Shown piece by piece: positions 1 through 7,960 of a stretch of DNA of 64,000 nucleotides. The translations under genes and the position numbers were made by a program. The DNA is taken from contig JAEEPZ010000010.1 of NCBI GenBank assembly GCA_016285055.1, positions 909 to 64,908 of the forward strand. Reading direction: 5' to 3'. The notes under the pieces were generated by a model, which did no database searches, was not told the origin of the DNA, and worked only from the letters and a program-made list of their open reading frames with translations. This DNA is from Prevotella sp. (GTDB lineage Bacteria; Bacteroidota; Bacteroidia; Bacteroidales; Bacteroidaceae). Position 1 is the stretch's first letter; every line of letters begins with the position of its first letter.

Positions 1-126
1 TTCAAGGAGATAGCCGAGCTGACCAACGTCAGCATCAACACCTCCTTGGGCCGCATGCGCTACGCTCTGATCAACATGCGCCGCATGGCCAAGGAATACC
101 AGATAGAGCTGGCACTCTCGGCTTAG
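1..126 (+). CDS. ECF-type sigma-70 factor, C-terminal fragment (5' truncated by window)
   Basis: Frame 1 reads FKEIAELTNVSINTSLGRMRYALINMRR...*, a sigma region 4 HTH signature; TAG at 124-126. Confidence 0.85.
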   Translation, partial: FKEIAELTNVSINTSLGRMRYALINMRRMAKEYQIELALSA

Positions 127-722
127 CCTCTGAGCACCACCGTCACACCGCGTGCTGCCTGCGCCCCATAGACGAGGGCAGACTCGATGTCGGCAGTCTT
201 GCTGGGGCCGCTGATGAACGTGCCGAACTTATACTGCTGAAAGTATTCTTTCGAGTCGGCTATTCGCTGGTAGGCTTCGTGCATGTTGCTGACAATGGCA
301 TCGCGCCGGAGGACGATGACCAGCTGTTGCGAAGCAAAGCACACGGCCTTTTCCTTCGTCTGCTGCGGTATCCAGATGCAGGCATTCTCAGCCACACCGA
401 TGCGGCCCTCTATCACGCCCACATCCACCGCCATCAGCTCCTTGGCATCGCCGACAGTGTCGGGGTTGATGTCAGCATCTACGCCCGGCATGTTGCTGGC
501 CACCAGCCTGGCATCGGGATAAGCCTGCCGCACCAGGACATTCAGGTTGTCCCCAGCCTTCATCTCTATCAGCTTTGCCCCTGCTGTCGTAGTGGTCTTC
601 TTGATAAACTCTGCCACAGGGTCGGCAAAGGTGATGGGCCTCAGCTGCGACAAGTCGGGCATGTCGTAGGTCTCGCGGGTGTTGTGGCGAAGCCTCTGTA
701 GTATTTCTTCTCTTGCACTCAT
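123..722 (-). CDS. lutC: Lactate utilization protein C (LUD domain, YkgG-like)
   Basis: FISGPSKTADIE..LVYGAQ motif; likely ATG at 722 gives ATGA overlap with the lutB stop (ORF track start 740). Confidence 0.9.
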   Translation of the reverse strand: MSAREEILQRLRHNTRETYDMPDLSQLRPITFADPVAEFIKKTTTTAGAKLIEMKAGDNLNVLVRQAYPDARLVASNMPGVDADINPDTVGDAKELMAVDVGVIEGRIGVAENACIWIPQQTKEKAVCFASQQLVIVLRRDAIVSNMHEAYQRIADSKEYFQQYKFGTFISGPSKTADIESALVYGAQAARGVTVVLRG

Positions 723-2131
723 AGCTCTTTCTTTTTCCAAAGTTGGTGGAACGACTTCTTGGGAAACCTCATCATCTTGTGTCCGTAGGCCCAGGGGTTG
801 AGTTTCAGGTTCATCAGCGGAGCGGGAATCCAGTTGACAGCCGGCGACATGCGCAGCGCTGAGACGTAGAAGGCGGGATGATTGAACAGATAGCTCATGC
901 CCCCCGACATTATCTTCTTCATGCTGCTGGCATGGCCCAGCGACTCCAGCTGCTGCCGCCAGCGATAGACCTGCGTGGAGAGGTCAACCTTGACAGGACA
1001 CACATTGTCGCACGAGCAGCAGAGTGAGCAGGCCGACACGTTGTCGTAATACTTGTGCGGGTCGCGCAGCATGCCCAAGTTGATGCCGATGGGCCCGGGG
1101 ATGAAATAGGTGTAGCTGTAGCCGGCCGAGCGTCGATAAACGGGGCAGGTGTTCATGCAGGCGCCGCAGCGCATACACTTCAGCGTCTGCCAGTGTTCGG
1201 GGTTGCCCATGATATCGCTCCGTCCGTTGTCCACCAAGACGATGTGCATCTCGCCTCCTGGTCGCGGGCCTCGGAAGTGGCTGGTGTAAACCGTCGTCTC
1301 CTGTCCTGTACCACTACGTGCCACTAACCGCTGGAACACGCCCATAGCTTGATAGTCGGGTATCAATTTCTCAATGCCCATCGACACGATATGCAGTTTG
1401 GGTATCGATGTCGACATGTCGGCGTTGCCCTCGTTGGTACACACCACCACGTCGCCCGTGGCAGCAATGCCGAAGTTGGCACCCGTCATGCCGCAGTCGG
1501 CCTCGGCAAACTGCTGGCGCAGGTGCATGCGTGCCACATAGGTGAGGAAGGTGGGGTCGTTTTCAGAGGTGAGAAGTGAGGAGTTAGCGATGGCAGAATA
1601 GCCTTTCGCTATCTCATTGAAATCAGGTATCAGCTTACGGAAAGTGTCGCCTATCTCCTCGCGGTGAACATGGAGAGCCGGCATGACAATATGGCTCGGT
1701 GCCAGCTTCATCATCTGCAGGATGCGCTCGCCAAGGTCGGTCTCCACCACGTCGATGCCCTTTGCCTCCAGATGCTCGTTCAGGTGGCACTCCTCGGTGA
1801 GCATACTCTTGCTTTTCACCACCTTCTTCACGTTGTGCTTTGAAAGGATGTCAAAGACTATGCGGTTATACTCGTCGGCATTCTGTGCCCAGTGTACGTG
1901 TACGCCGTTTCTGAGGGCGTTCTGCTCGAACTGCTCCAGATAGTCGGCCAGGTGCGTCTCTGTATGCTTCTTGATTTGGCTGGCAGCGTCGCGCAGGTCT
2001 TCCCACTCGGGCAGTGCCTGCGCCATGCGGTCGCGCTTCTGCCTCACGCCGAAGAAAGTCTGGTCGTGGCGTGTCACTACGGCATCATCTTTCAGATAGT
2101 CCTCTGCTGCTTTTGAATGTTTCGTGCTCAT
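719..2131 (-). CDS. lutB: Lactate utilization protein B (Fe-S, YkgF-like)
   Basis: KSKSMLTEE, ETDLGE, CMRCGACMNTCP and CSLCCSCDNVCP ferredoxin motifs. Confidence 0.93.
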   Translation of the reverse strand: MSTKHSKAAEDYLKDDAVVTRHDQTFFGVRQKRDRMAQALPEWEDLRDAASQIKKHTETHLADYLEQFEQNALRNGVHVHWAQNADEYNRIVFDILSKHNVKKVVKSKSMLTEECHLNEHLEAKGIDVVETDLGERILQMMKLAPSHIVMPALHVHREEIGDTFRKLIPDFNEIAKGYSAIANSSLLTSENDPTFLTYVARMHLRQQFAEADCGMTGANFGIAATGDVVVCTNEGNADMSTSIPKLHIVSMGIEKLIPDYQAMGVFQRLVARSGTGQETTVYTSHFRGPRPGGEMHIVLVDNGRSDIMGNPEHWQTLKCMRCGACMNTCPVYRRSAGYSYTYFIPGPIGINLGMLRDPHKYYDNVSACSLCCSCDNVCPVKVDLSTQVYRWRQQLESLGHASSMKKIMSGGMSYLFNHPAFYVSALRMSPAVNWIPAPLMNLKLNPWAYGHKMMRFPKKSFHQLWKKKEL

Positions 2132-2862
2132 AGTCCTGCGGAAAGTATTTGTGCAACATGAATAAACTGTATGTCAAGCCCCTGCTTCTGTGCCACGCCC
2201 TTCATGTGCATGAGACAGGAAGAGTCAGGTCCGGTGATGTATTCGGCTCCTGTGGCCATGTGCCGCTTCAGCTTTTCCAAGCCCATGCGCGCAGAGACGG
2301 CCTGCTCCTCTACGGCGAACATGCCGCCAAAGCCGCAGCACTCGTCAGGGCGCTCAGGCTCCATGATCTCGATGCCGTCCACCAGGTTCAGCAAATCGAT
2401 GATTTTGTTGAACCGTGGGATGTTGCGCTCTGAAGGCGCCGACAGGTTGAGTTCTCTCACTCCGTGGCATGAGTTGTGAACGCTCACCTTGTGGGGGAAC
2501 TTCGCAGGTAGGCTCTTCACCTGCATGACATCGTGCAGGAACTCCACCAAGTCCATCGTCTTTCCTGCCGCCTCGCACTTCTCTTCCTTCATGAGATGAG
2601 GGTGGAAGCATCGCACATAGGCAGCACAGCTGACGCTGGGAGCCACCACATAGTCGAAGTGTGCGAAGAGCTCGTCGTACTTCTTTGCCAACGGCACCGC
2701 CATGCGCTCGAAGCCTGCGTTACCCATCGGCTGTCCGCAGCAGGTCTGCTTCTCAGGATAGTCGACGTCGAGCCCCAAGCTGCGCAACAATTTCCATGTC
2801 GCCACTCCCACCTCAGGGTAGAGTGCATCGACATAGCAAGGAATGAACAACCCGATTTTCAT
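2128..2862 (-). CDS. lutA: Lactate utilization protein A (CCG-domain Fe-S protein, YkgE-like)
   Basis: Two CCG motifs (QTCCGQP, ECCGFGG); ATGA overlap with lutB. Confidence 0.92.
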   Translation of the reverse strand: MKIGLFIPCYVDALYPEVGVATWKLLRSLGLDVDYPEKQTCCGQPMGNAGFERMAVPLAKKYDELFAHFDYVVAPSVSCAAYVRCFHPHLMKEEKCEAAGKTMDLVEFLHDVMQVKSLPAKFPHKVSVHNSCHGVRELNLSAPSERNIPRFNKIIDLLNLVDGIEIMEPERPDECCGFGGMFAVEEQAVSARMGLEKLKRHMATGAEYITGPDSSCLMHMKGVAQKQGLDIQFIHVAQILSAGL

Positions 2863-2954
2863 TTGTTTATTTCGATTGAATAGTTTGTTTTAATCACCAT
2901 GAGATAAATAATCGCACTAAGCTACATTATTCTAGCTAAGTCTTTTACGATTAC

Positions 2955-3965
2955 CTAACTCAGATTCTCTATTTCTTCTATAGACAAGCCTGTCACTTCA
3001 CAAATAACAGAATAATCAAGCCCTTTTGCTTTCATAATACGGGCATGTTCCAAATTTACTTCCAATCGACCTTCAGCACGACCTTCAGCACGACCTTCAG
3101 CACGACCTTCAGCAAGGCCTTTGGCACGACCTTCAGCAAGTCCTTTGGCACGACCTTCAGCAAGGCCTTCAGCACGACCCTCGGCAAGGCCCTCTTCTTT
3201 TCCCTCGAAGTGCCCTTCCAACTTACCTTCTCCGCGAGCTGTATATATCTGATCAGCCAGTATGACGCGGTCGTCTAAATAGCGACGGTAGGCAGCCTGC
3301 TCTTCCCGGCTCATCTTGGCTACTTGCAACTTCTCGCGTGCCTCTTTCAGTCCAGGGGCATCGGCATCTTCAGGAATCTCGCTTGTAGAGAGGAAATAAA
3401 TCCACTGCTCCAACGGCACACGGCTCCAGCGGTTGAAGTCGTTCACCTTCAGAATATAGTATTCAGGATAGAGCTGATACACCTCGCTTACGCCGAACTT
3501 CTGGCGTTGGAATGTAGAGAGCATCAGCACGTCGTTCTCATGAATGCCGCGAAATTCTGTCTTGCCGTGGTAGACGTAGTCTTTGCCTTGGCCCAAGTCA
3601 AAGAAAACAATGTTGATGGAGTAGACCTTCTTCACATTGTCGTAGTTCTGCCCACTGTCAATATATTCCGTCACCAGCTTGGAGGCTCCAAACAAGATAC
3701 GCTGGAAATAGGCATATTCCGACTCTCCCTGCACCTCGATGAGCAGCATTTCACCCTCGGAATTTTCTGCCAGGATATCCACACGATTAGCCTTTGCCTC
3801 GCCCCTATCTATATTGCTTTCGCTTTCCAGCAAACGGTGTATCTTCACATTCGTTTCCAGCAATGTCGACACAAAGCCTTCCAACACGACGAAGTTAGCC
3901 TTGTCGCGCAGCATACGTTTCAAAGCCCAGTCAAAACTGACTAATGTTCGCTCTTTCTTCATCAT
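2955..3965 (-). CDS. Rpn family recombination-promoting nuclease/putative transposase (PD-(D/E)XK)
   Basis: SFDWALKRML, RVDIL...IEVQ nuclease core, GxxE repeat tract, C-terminal HTH-like VTGLSIEEIE. Confidence 0.9.
   Translation of the reverse strand: MMKKERTLVSFDWALKRMLRDKANFVVLEGFVSTLLETNVKIHRLLESESNIDRGEAKANRVDILAENSEGEMLLIEVQGESEYAYFQRILFGASKLVTEYIDSGQNYDNVKKVYSINIVFFDLGQGKDYVYHGKTEFRGIHENDVLMLSTFQRQKFGVSEVYQLYPEYYILKVNDFNRWSRVPLEQWIYFLSTSEIPEDADAPGLKEAREKLQVAKMSREEQAAYRRYLDDRVILADQIYTARGEGKLEGHFEGKEEGLAEGRAEGLAEGRAKGLAEGRAKGLAEGRAEGRAEGRAEGRLEVNLEHARIMKAKGLDYSVICEVTGLSIEEIENLS
3067..3192 (-). repeat. In-frame 12/24-bp tandem repeat encoding GRAE/GLAEGRAK in the Rpn C-terminus
   Basis: cgaccttcagca and variants repeated on + strand. 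Confidence 0.9.
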
Positions 3966-3982
3966 TTCTACTCTTTTGCGTG

Positions 3983-3990
3983 CAAAAATA
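3983..3990 (-). promoter_or_regulatory. Bacteroidota -7 promoter box for rpn
   Basis: caaaaata = TATTTTTG on minus, 17 nt upstream of ATG. Confidence 0.6.
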
Positions 3991-4126
3991 CAAAAAAAAT
4001 CTGCAACTAACAGTCTTTTTCCTACTTTTTTTCTTTCATTACTGTTTTTCCGCTCTCTGGCCAGCAGTTCCCTCGGGACGCCAGCAGAGTGGGAAAGTAG
4101 AAGGACGCTCCGACTCCCGCTTCACG

Positions 4127-4158
4127 TTCCCCTCGCAGGCAAAGGGATAGGAGGCGGA
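4127..4158. repeat. REP-like C-rich hairpin/G-rich tail element
   Basis: ttcccctcgcaggcaaagggataggaggcgga resembles elements at 7808, 20601, 27252. Confidence 0.45.
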
Positions 4159-4290
4159 TTCAACAAAATATCCGTAAAAACGATTATCCGCAACCAGGTG
4201 ATTGCAAAGTTTTGCATCCTTTCATAGTTTTGGTCTGAAGAAAATCCGTGGTGTGAGTCCTGCAGTTTCAAGGCAACATAGGTTTTAAAA

Positions 4291-4375
4291 GTTTCCTGCC
4301 GAGAAACCATCGGTTTCTCGGCAGGAAACCAAAGGTTTCTCGGCTGGAAACTTTCGGTTTCCCGATGGTGGAATC
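4291..4375. repeat. 22-bp-period array of 17-bp palindromes (gtttc-N7-gaaac)
   Basis: Units at 4291, 4313, 4335, degenerate 4357; 5-nt spacers; unit 1 is the exact reverse complement of unit 2. Confidence 0.85.
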
Positions 4376-4480
4376 GCTAATGGAAAAGAGATAGCCACCC
4401 CAGCCCCTCCGGCTTATCTCTTTGGCCAGACACTTTGTCCTCCGCTTGGCCAACAAGATACATTCCATCCGTACTGGTCG

Positions 4481-4527
4481 AAAAGAATGTCAAAGGGGGC
4501 ACGCCTTTTGACTCGTGCCCCCTTGAC
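4481..4527 (-). terminator. Intrinsic terminator after aldehyde dehydrogenase
   Basis: gtcaaagggggcacg...cgtgcccccttgac stem, followed on minus by attctttt. Confidence 0.7.
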
Positions 4528-4548
4528 TTGGTTCTCTTGTGATGATGA

Positions 4549-5991
4549 TTACATATCCTCGTAGGTGTCGAGATAGGTGACGTGGGTAACGAGGTACTCG
4601 TCAACGCCGTGCTTGCCGTCGGCACCGCCTATGCCGCTCTTCTTCATGCCGGCGTGGAAGCCCTGGATGGCCTCGAAGTGCTCGCGGTTGACGTAGGTCT
4701 CGCCAAACTCCAGCTCACGGCAGGCTTTCACGGCAATGTTGAGGTCCTTGGTGAAGATGCTGGAAGCCAGACCATACTCGCAGTCGTTGGCCATAGCGAT
4801 GGCATCGTCGATGGTGTTGAACTCGATGAGCGGGATGACGGGGCCGAAGGTCTCCTCGTGGATGATGTCCATGTCCTGACGGCAGTCGTCGAGGACGGTG
4901 GCAGCGTAGAAGTAGCCTTTCTCCCCTACCCTATGTCCGCCGCACAGCAGCTTGGCACCCTGTTTGATGGCACGCTCTACCTTCTCGGTGACGCTCTCCA
5001 GTGCGCGCTGCTCCACCAGCGGGCCCATGTCGACGCTCTCGTCGGCGCAGGGGTCGCCCACCTTCACAGCCTGCATCTTCTCTACGAGAATCTTAGTGAA
5101 GGCTTCCTTCACATCCTTCTGCACATAGACACGCTCAGCGTTGTTGCATATCTGTCCGTTGTTGCCGATACGCGAGTCGACAATCCACTGAGCAGCACGC
5201 TCCAGGTCGGCATCCTTCATCACGATGGCAGGAGCCTTGCCGCCCAATTCGAGCGAGACCTTGGTGATGTTCTTCGAAGCAGCAGCCATGATGCTCTCGC
5301 CAGCTGCCACGCTGCCCGTCACGCTGACGATGTCAATCTTCGGCGAGCCAGCCATCTCGTTGCCGATGACGCTACCCTTGCCTGTCACGATGTTGATGAC
5401 GCCGGCGGGCAGACCTGTCTCGGCCACCACCTTGGCAAACTCTGTGCAGTTCTCGGGTGTGAGCTGCGAGGGCTTGATGACGATGGTACAGCCTGCGATG
5501 AGGGCAGCACCGGCCTTACGTGCGATGAGGAAGAAGGGGAAGTTCCAGGGCAGGATGCCAGCCACCACGCCTATGGGTTTCTTCGTCAGCAGGATGGTCT
5601 CATTGGGGCGGTCGCTGGGGATGATCTCACCCTCGATATGCCGGGCAAACGTGGCCATATACTCAAAGTAGGCGATGGTGGCGCCCACCTCGATGGCAGC
5701 CCAGTTGCGGGTCTTACCCTGCTCACGCATAATGATTTCCGTGAATTCGTTCTCGCGTGCCTTGATGCCGGCGGCAATCTTCAGCAGATAGCCAGCACGC
5801 TCGATGGCAGGCGTCTTGGCCCAGGCCTTCTGTGCGGAGCGGGCAGCGTCGAGGGCGCGGTTCACATCCTCGATGGTGCCTTCGGGTTGGCGGGAGATGA
5901 CCTCCTCGGTGGAGGGATTCAACACATTAATCCACTGGCCATTCGAGCTCTCGCAGAACTGACCGTTGATGTACATCTGTAAGTCTTTCAT
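4549..5991 (-). CDS. aldA: NAD-dependent aldehyde dehydrogenase, lactaldehyde/glycolaldehyde dehydrogenase type
   Basis: PWNFP, TGS, SLELGGKAP, GQICN, EETFGP, GGADGKHG (AldA-like C-terminus). Confidence 0.85.
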   Translation of the reverse strand: MKDLQMYINGQFCESSNGQWINVLNPSTEEVISRQPEGTIEDVNRALDAARSAQKAWAKTPAIERAGYLLKIAAGIKARENEFTEIIMREQGKTRNWAAIEVGATIAYFEYMATFARHIEGEIIPSDRPNETILLTKKPIGVVAGILPWNFPFFLIARKAGAALIAGCTIVIKPSQLTPENCTEFAKVVAETGLPAGVINIVTGKGSVIGNEMAGSPKIDIVSVTGSVAAGESIMAAASKNITKVSLELGGKAPAIVMKDADLERAAQWIVDSRIGNNGQICNNAERVYVQKDVKEAFTKILVEKMQAVKVGDPCADESVDMGPLVEQRALESVTEKVERAIKQGAKLLCGGHRVGEKGYFYAATVLDDCRQDMDIIHEETFGPVIPLIEFNTIDDAIAMANDCEYGLASSIFTKDLNIAVKACRELEFGETYVNREHFEAIQGFHAGMKKSGIGGADGKHGVDEYLVTHVTYLDTYEDM

Positions 5992-6034
5992 ACGTGTAGT
6001 TGTTTTTAGGTTTGGTTTGTCAAAAAATCATCGG

Positions 6035-6126
6035 CAAAGATAGTAAAAGTTTTCGAACTAAAAGATTCTGCTGCAAAAAACTCGCTGAAATCATCAAAAA
6101 CCAAGTAAGAAGAATCAAAAATCAAA
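6035..6126 (-). promoter_or_regulatory. aldA promoter (-7 box) plus 21-bp-spaced direct repeat, candidate AraC-type operator
   Basis: caaagata (6035-6042) = TATCTTTG on minus; atcaaaaaccaag at 6093 and atcaaaaatcaaa at 6114. Confidence 0.5.
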
Positions 6127-6141
6127 GATTCCCAAGCTTGT

Positions 6142-7662
6142 TCAACGATTCACATAGACCGTTTTGGATGTGCCGTCCGCCCTTTTCTCTATGCATAGTC
6201 CGCGAGGTTCGTCCAGTGGGCGTCCCAGCAGGTCGTAGTAGGTTTTCGGTGCCTCATTCTCCGTTTGTGTCAGCTCCTTGACAGCAGCAGCGCCTTTGTC
6301 AATCATAAGGATATAGGTGTTGAGGCTGCGTGCAGGCAGGCTGAGTCTCAGCAGATTCGTTGGCTCTTCGATGGTGATGGGTGTCTCCTGGCACAGGTTC
6401 TCGGTCTCATTGCCCGTGGACAGCAGATGTACTCCGCTTTTCACCTTGAAGGGCAGCTTGAGCTTCAGGTCGTGCGCATTCTTGGTAGTGTCGATAGCCA
6501 TGACGATGACAGAGTCGCCCTTGATATAGGCTGATGTCTCGAAGGCAGAGTTGGTGCCTGTGGAGACGCTGGCCGTTGTTCCCAGACGTGTGGAACCGGT
6601 GACATGCTTGGAGAAGTGTGACATGACGTAGGCACGTGGCAGCAGCTTGTTCTTCGTATTGCCAGGGTTATACTTTGTCTCGCCTGTTCCCACAAAGGCC
6701 CAGTGGGCACGCATGTACCAATAGATGTAGCCCGTGCATCCTGCGAGCATACACTCGTTGAGCTCCTCGGCAAAGATGAGCTGTTCGTGCCAGTTGGGCA
6801 GGTGGTCGATGTTGTCGGTGACAGAGTGCTCCGTCATCCACACCTCCTTGCCGTATTTGGCAGCGAGCACGGCCGACGACTTCATGTTGCCCAATGGCGG
6901 ATGCCCATAGAGGTGGCCCGCTATGATGTCAATCTGTTCACGGGCAGCGGCATTGTTGAGCAGGAGATTGGAATAGCTGGGGTCGAAGCCCAATGGCTCG
7001 GCACTGATGAGTCGCACGCCCTTGTACTTCTCCCTGTCGAGCATGTAGGCATAGTCCTTGACCAGGTTGAGCTGTTCCTGCGGTGTATAGAGACAGCCTG
7101 AGTAATCAACCCACCAGTCGGGCTCATTCTGAATGGAGACAGCATCCACATTGACGCCGTTCTTCTGCATGTACTCCAGGAACGTGTTGAGCCAGGGGAA
7201 GAACTTGTCGTAGCAGTCGGTACGCAGTCTGCCCTGCTGGTTGCCTTGGCTGTCGGACTTGCCTCCCTGAGCCGTGCCGTTGGTCTTGTATTCTCCAGGA
7301 GGCGACCACGGTGTTCCGAAGACGATGCCGCCCCGCTGCTTGACAATCTTGGCCGACGGCAGCGAGCCCTTCCAGTCGTAGGGTGTGTCATAGTTGTTCC
7401 ATTCGGGCACGACGACATCGCCTACGAAGTTCGGCGAGATCTCCATGCGCATGATGTTCAGCCCAATCTTCGACTGCGGTCCATAGAGCAGTCTGACCGG
7501 CTGCGTGTCGGTGCCGAAGGGGCACATGGCGCCGTCGCAACAGGCTGCGCCGAAGCCGGTCACCGTCTGGTAGCGGGTGTCACTGACGGTGACGGTGATG
7601 ATTCCAGCGTGAATGGCTGTTGCAGCGGCCATTGCTAACATTGAAGTAAAAATCTTCTTCAT
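6142..7662 (-). CDS. Secreted GH30 glycoside hydrolase (xylanase-like) with T9SS-like C-terminal tail
   Basis: Signal peptide MKKIFTS..., catalytic QNEPD and WMTEH motifs, YYDLLGR tail; likely ATG at 7662 (ORF track 7698). Confidence 0.82.
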   Translation of the reverse strand: MKKIFTSMLAMAAATAIHAGIITVTVSDTRYQTVTGFGAACCDGAMCPFGTDTQPVRLLYGPQSKIGLNIMRMEISPNFVGDVVVPEWNNYDTPYDWKGSLPSAKIVKQRGGIVFGTPWSPPGEYKTNGTAQGGKSDSQGNQQGRLRTDCYDKFFPWLNTFLEYMQKNGVNVDAVSIQNEPDWWVDYSGCLYTPQEQLNLVKDYAYMLDREKYKGVRLISAEPLGFDPSYSNLLLNNAAAREQIDIIAGHLYGHPPLGNMKSSAVLAAKYGKEVWMTEHSVTDNIDHLPNWHEQLIFAEELNECMLAGCTGYIYWYMRAHWAFVGTGETKYNPGNTKNKLLPRAYVMSHFSKHVTGSTRLGTTASVSTGTNSAFETSAYIKGDSVIVMAIDTTKNAHDLKLKLPFKVKSGVHLLSTGNETENLCQETPITIEEPTNLLRLSLPARSLNTYILMIDKGAAAVKELTQTENEAPKTYYDLLGRPLDEPRGLCIEKRADGTSKTVYVNR

Positions 7663-7705
7663 GGATATAAATGATTGAATAGATGATGGAATTATCATGC
7701 GCCTG

Positions 7706-7736
7706 CAAATTTAAACATTTTTTCTGAACAGACAAA
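7706..7736 (-). promoter_or_regulatory. Bacteroidota sigma-A promoter for GH30
   Basis: TTTG-N19-TAAATTTG on minus. Confidence 0.7.
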
Positions 7737-7807
7737 TTTTTTTGTTACCTAATTCAAAAAAAGGTGGAGGGTGGAGGGTGGGTGTGCACGACTACGTGCG
7801 CCACACG

Positions 7808-7848
7808 ACCATTTGCCTTGACCCTTCGTTTGGAAAGGGAGGGAATGT
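7808..7848. repeat. Degenerate REP-like C/G-rich element
   Basis: Minus strand reads attccctccctttccaaacgaagggtcaaggc, similar to 20601 and 27252 elements. Confidence 0.35.
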
Positions 7849-7855
7849 GTGCGAA

Positions 7856-7894
7856 ATCCGCAGGCCTCGGATTTTTTGTCCGAAGCCTGCGGAT
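7856..7894. repeat. Two-unit 22-bp-period palindrome (hairpin), possibly acting as terminator
   Basis: atccgcaggcctcggat-ttttt-gtccgaagcctgcggat. Confidence 0.7.
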
Positions 7895-7960
7895 TGTTCC
7901 GTCAGCATGACGGTTGAGAAAGATCAGTTCCTGGTGCAGAGAAAGTGTTGGGCTCTGCTT

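Noticed and set aside
2955-3965. Rpn gene as a true IS element
   Set aside because: No terminal inverted repeats or target duplication seen; the family is not a demonstrated transposase
4050-4160. tRNA, SRP RNA, cobalamin riboswitch or group II intron end
   Set aside because: No T-loop GTTC/CCA, SRP GGAA loop, B12 box or domain V consensus was found
4582-5982. 466-aa antisense ORF over aldA and similar long shadow ORFs (e.g. 7742-8716, 11225-12184, 34643-35680, 44915-45904, 53522-54490)
   Set aside because: They mirror well-supported genes on the other strand; high GC3 codon bias suppresses antisense stops; no motifs recognised
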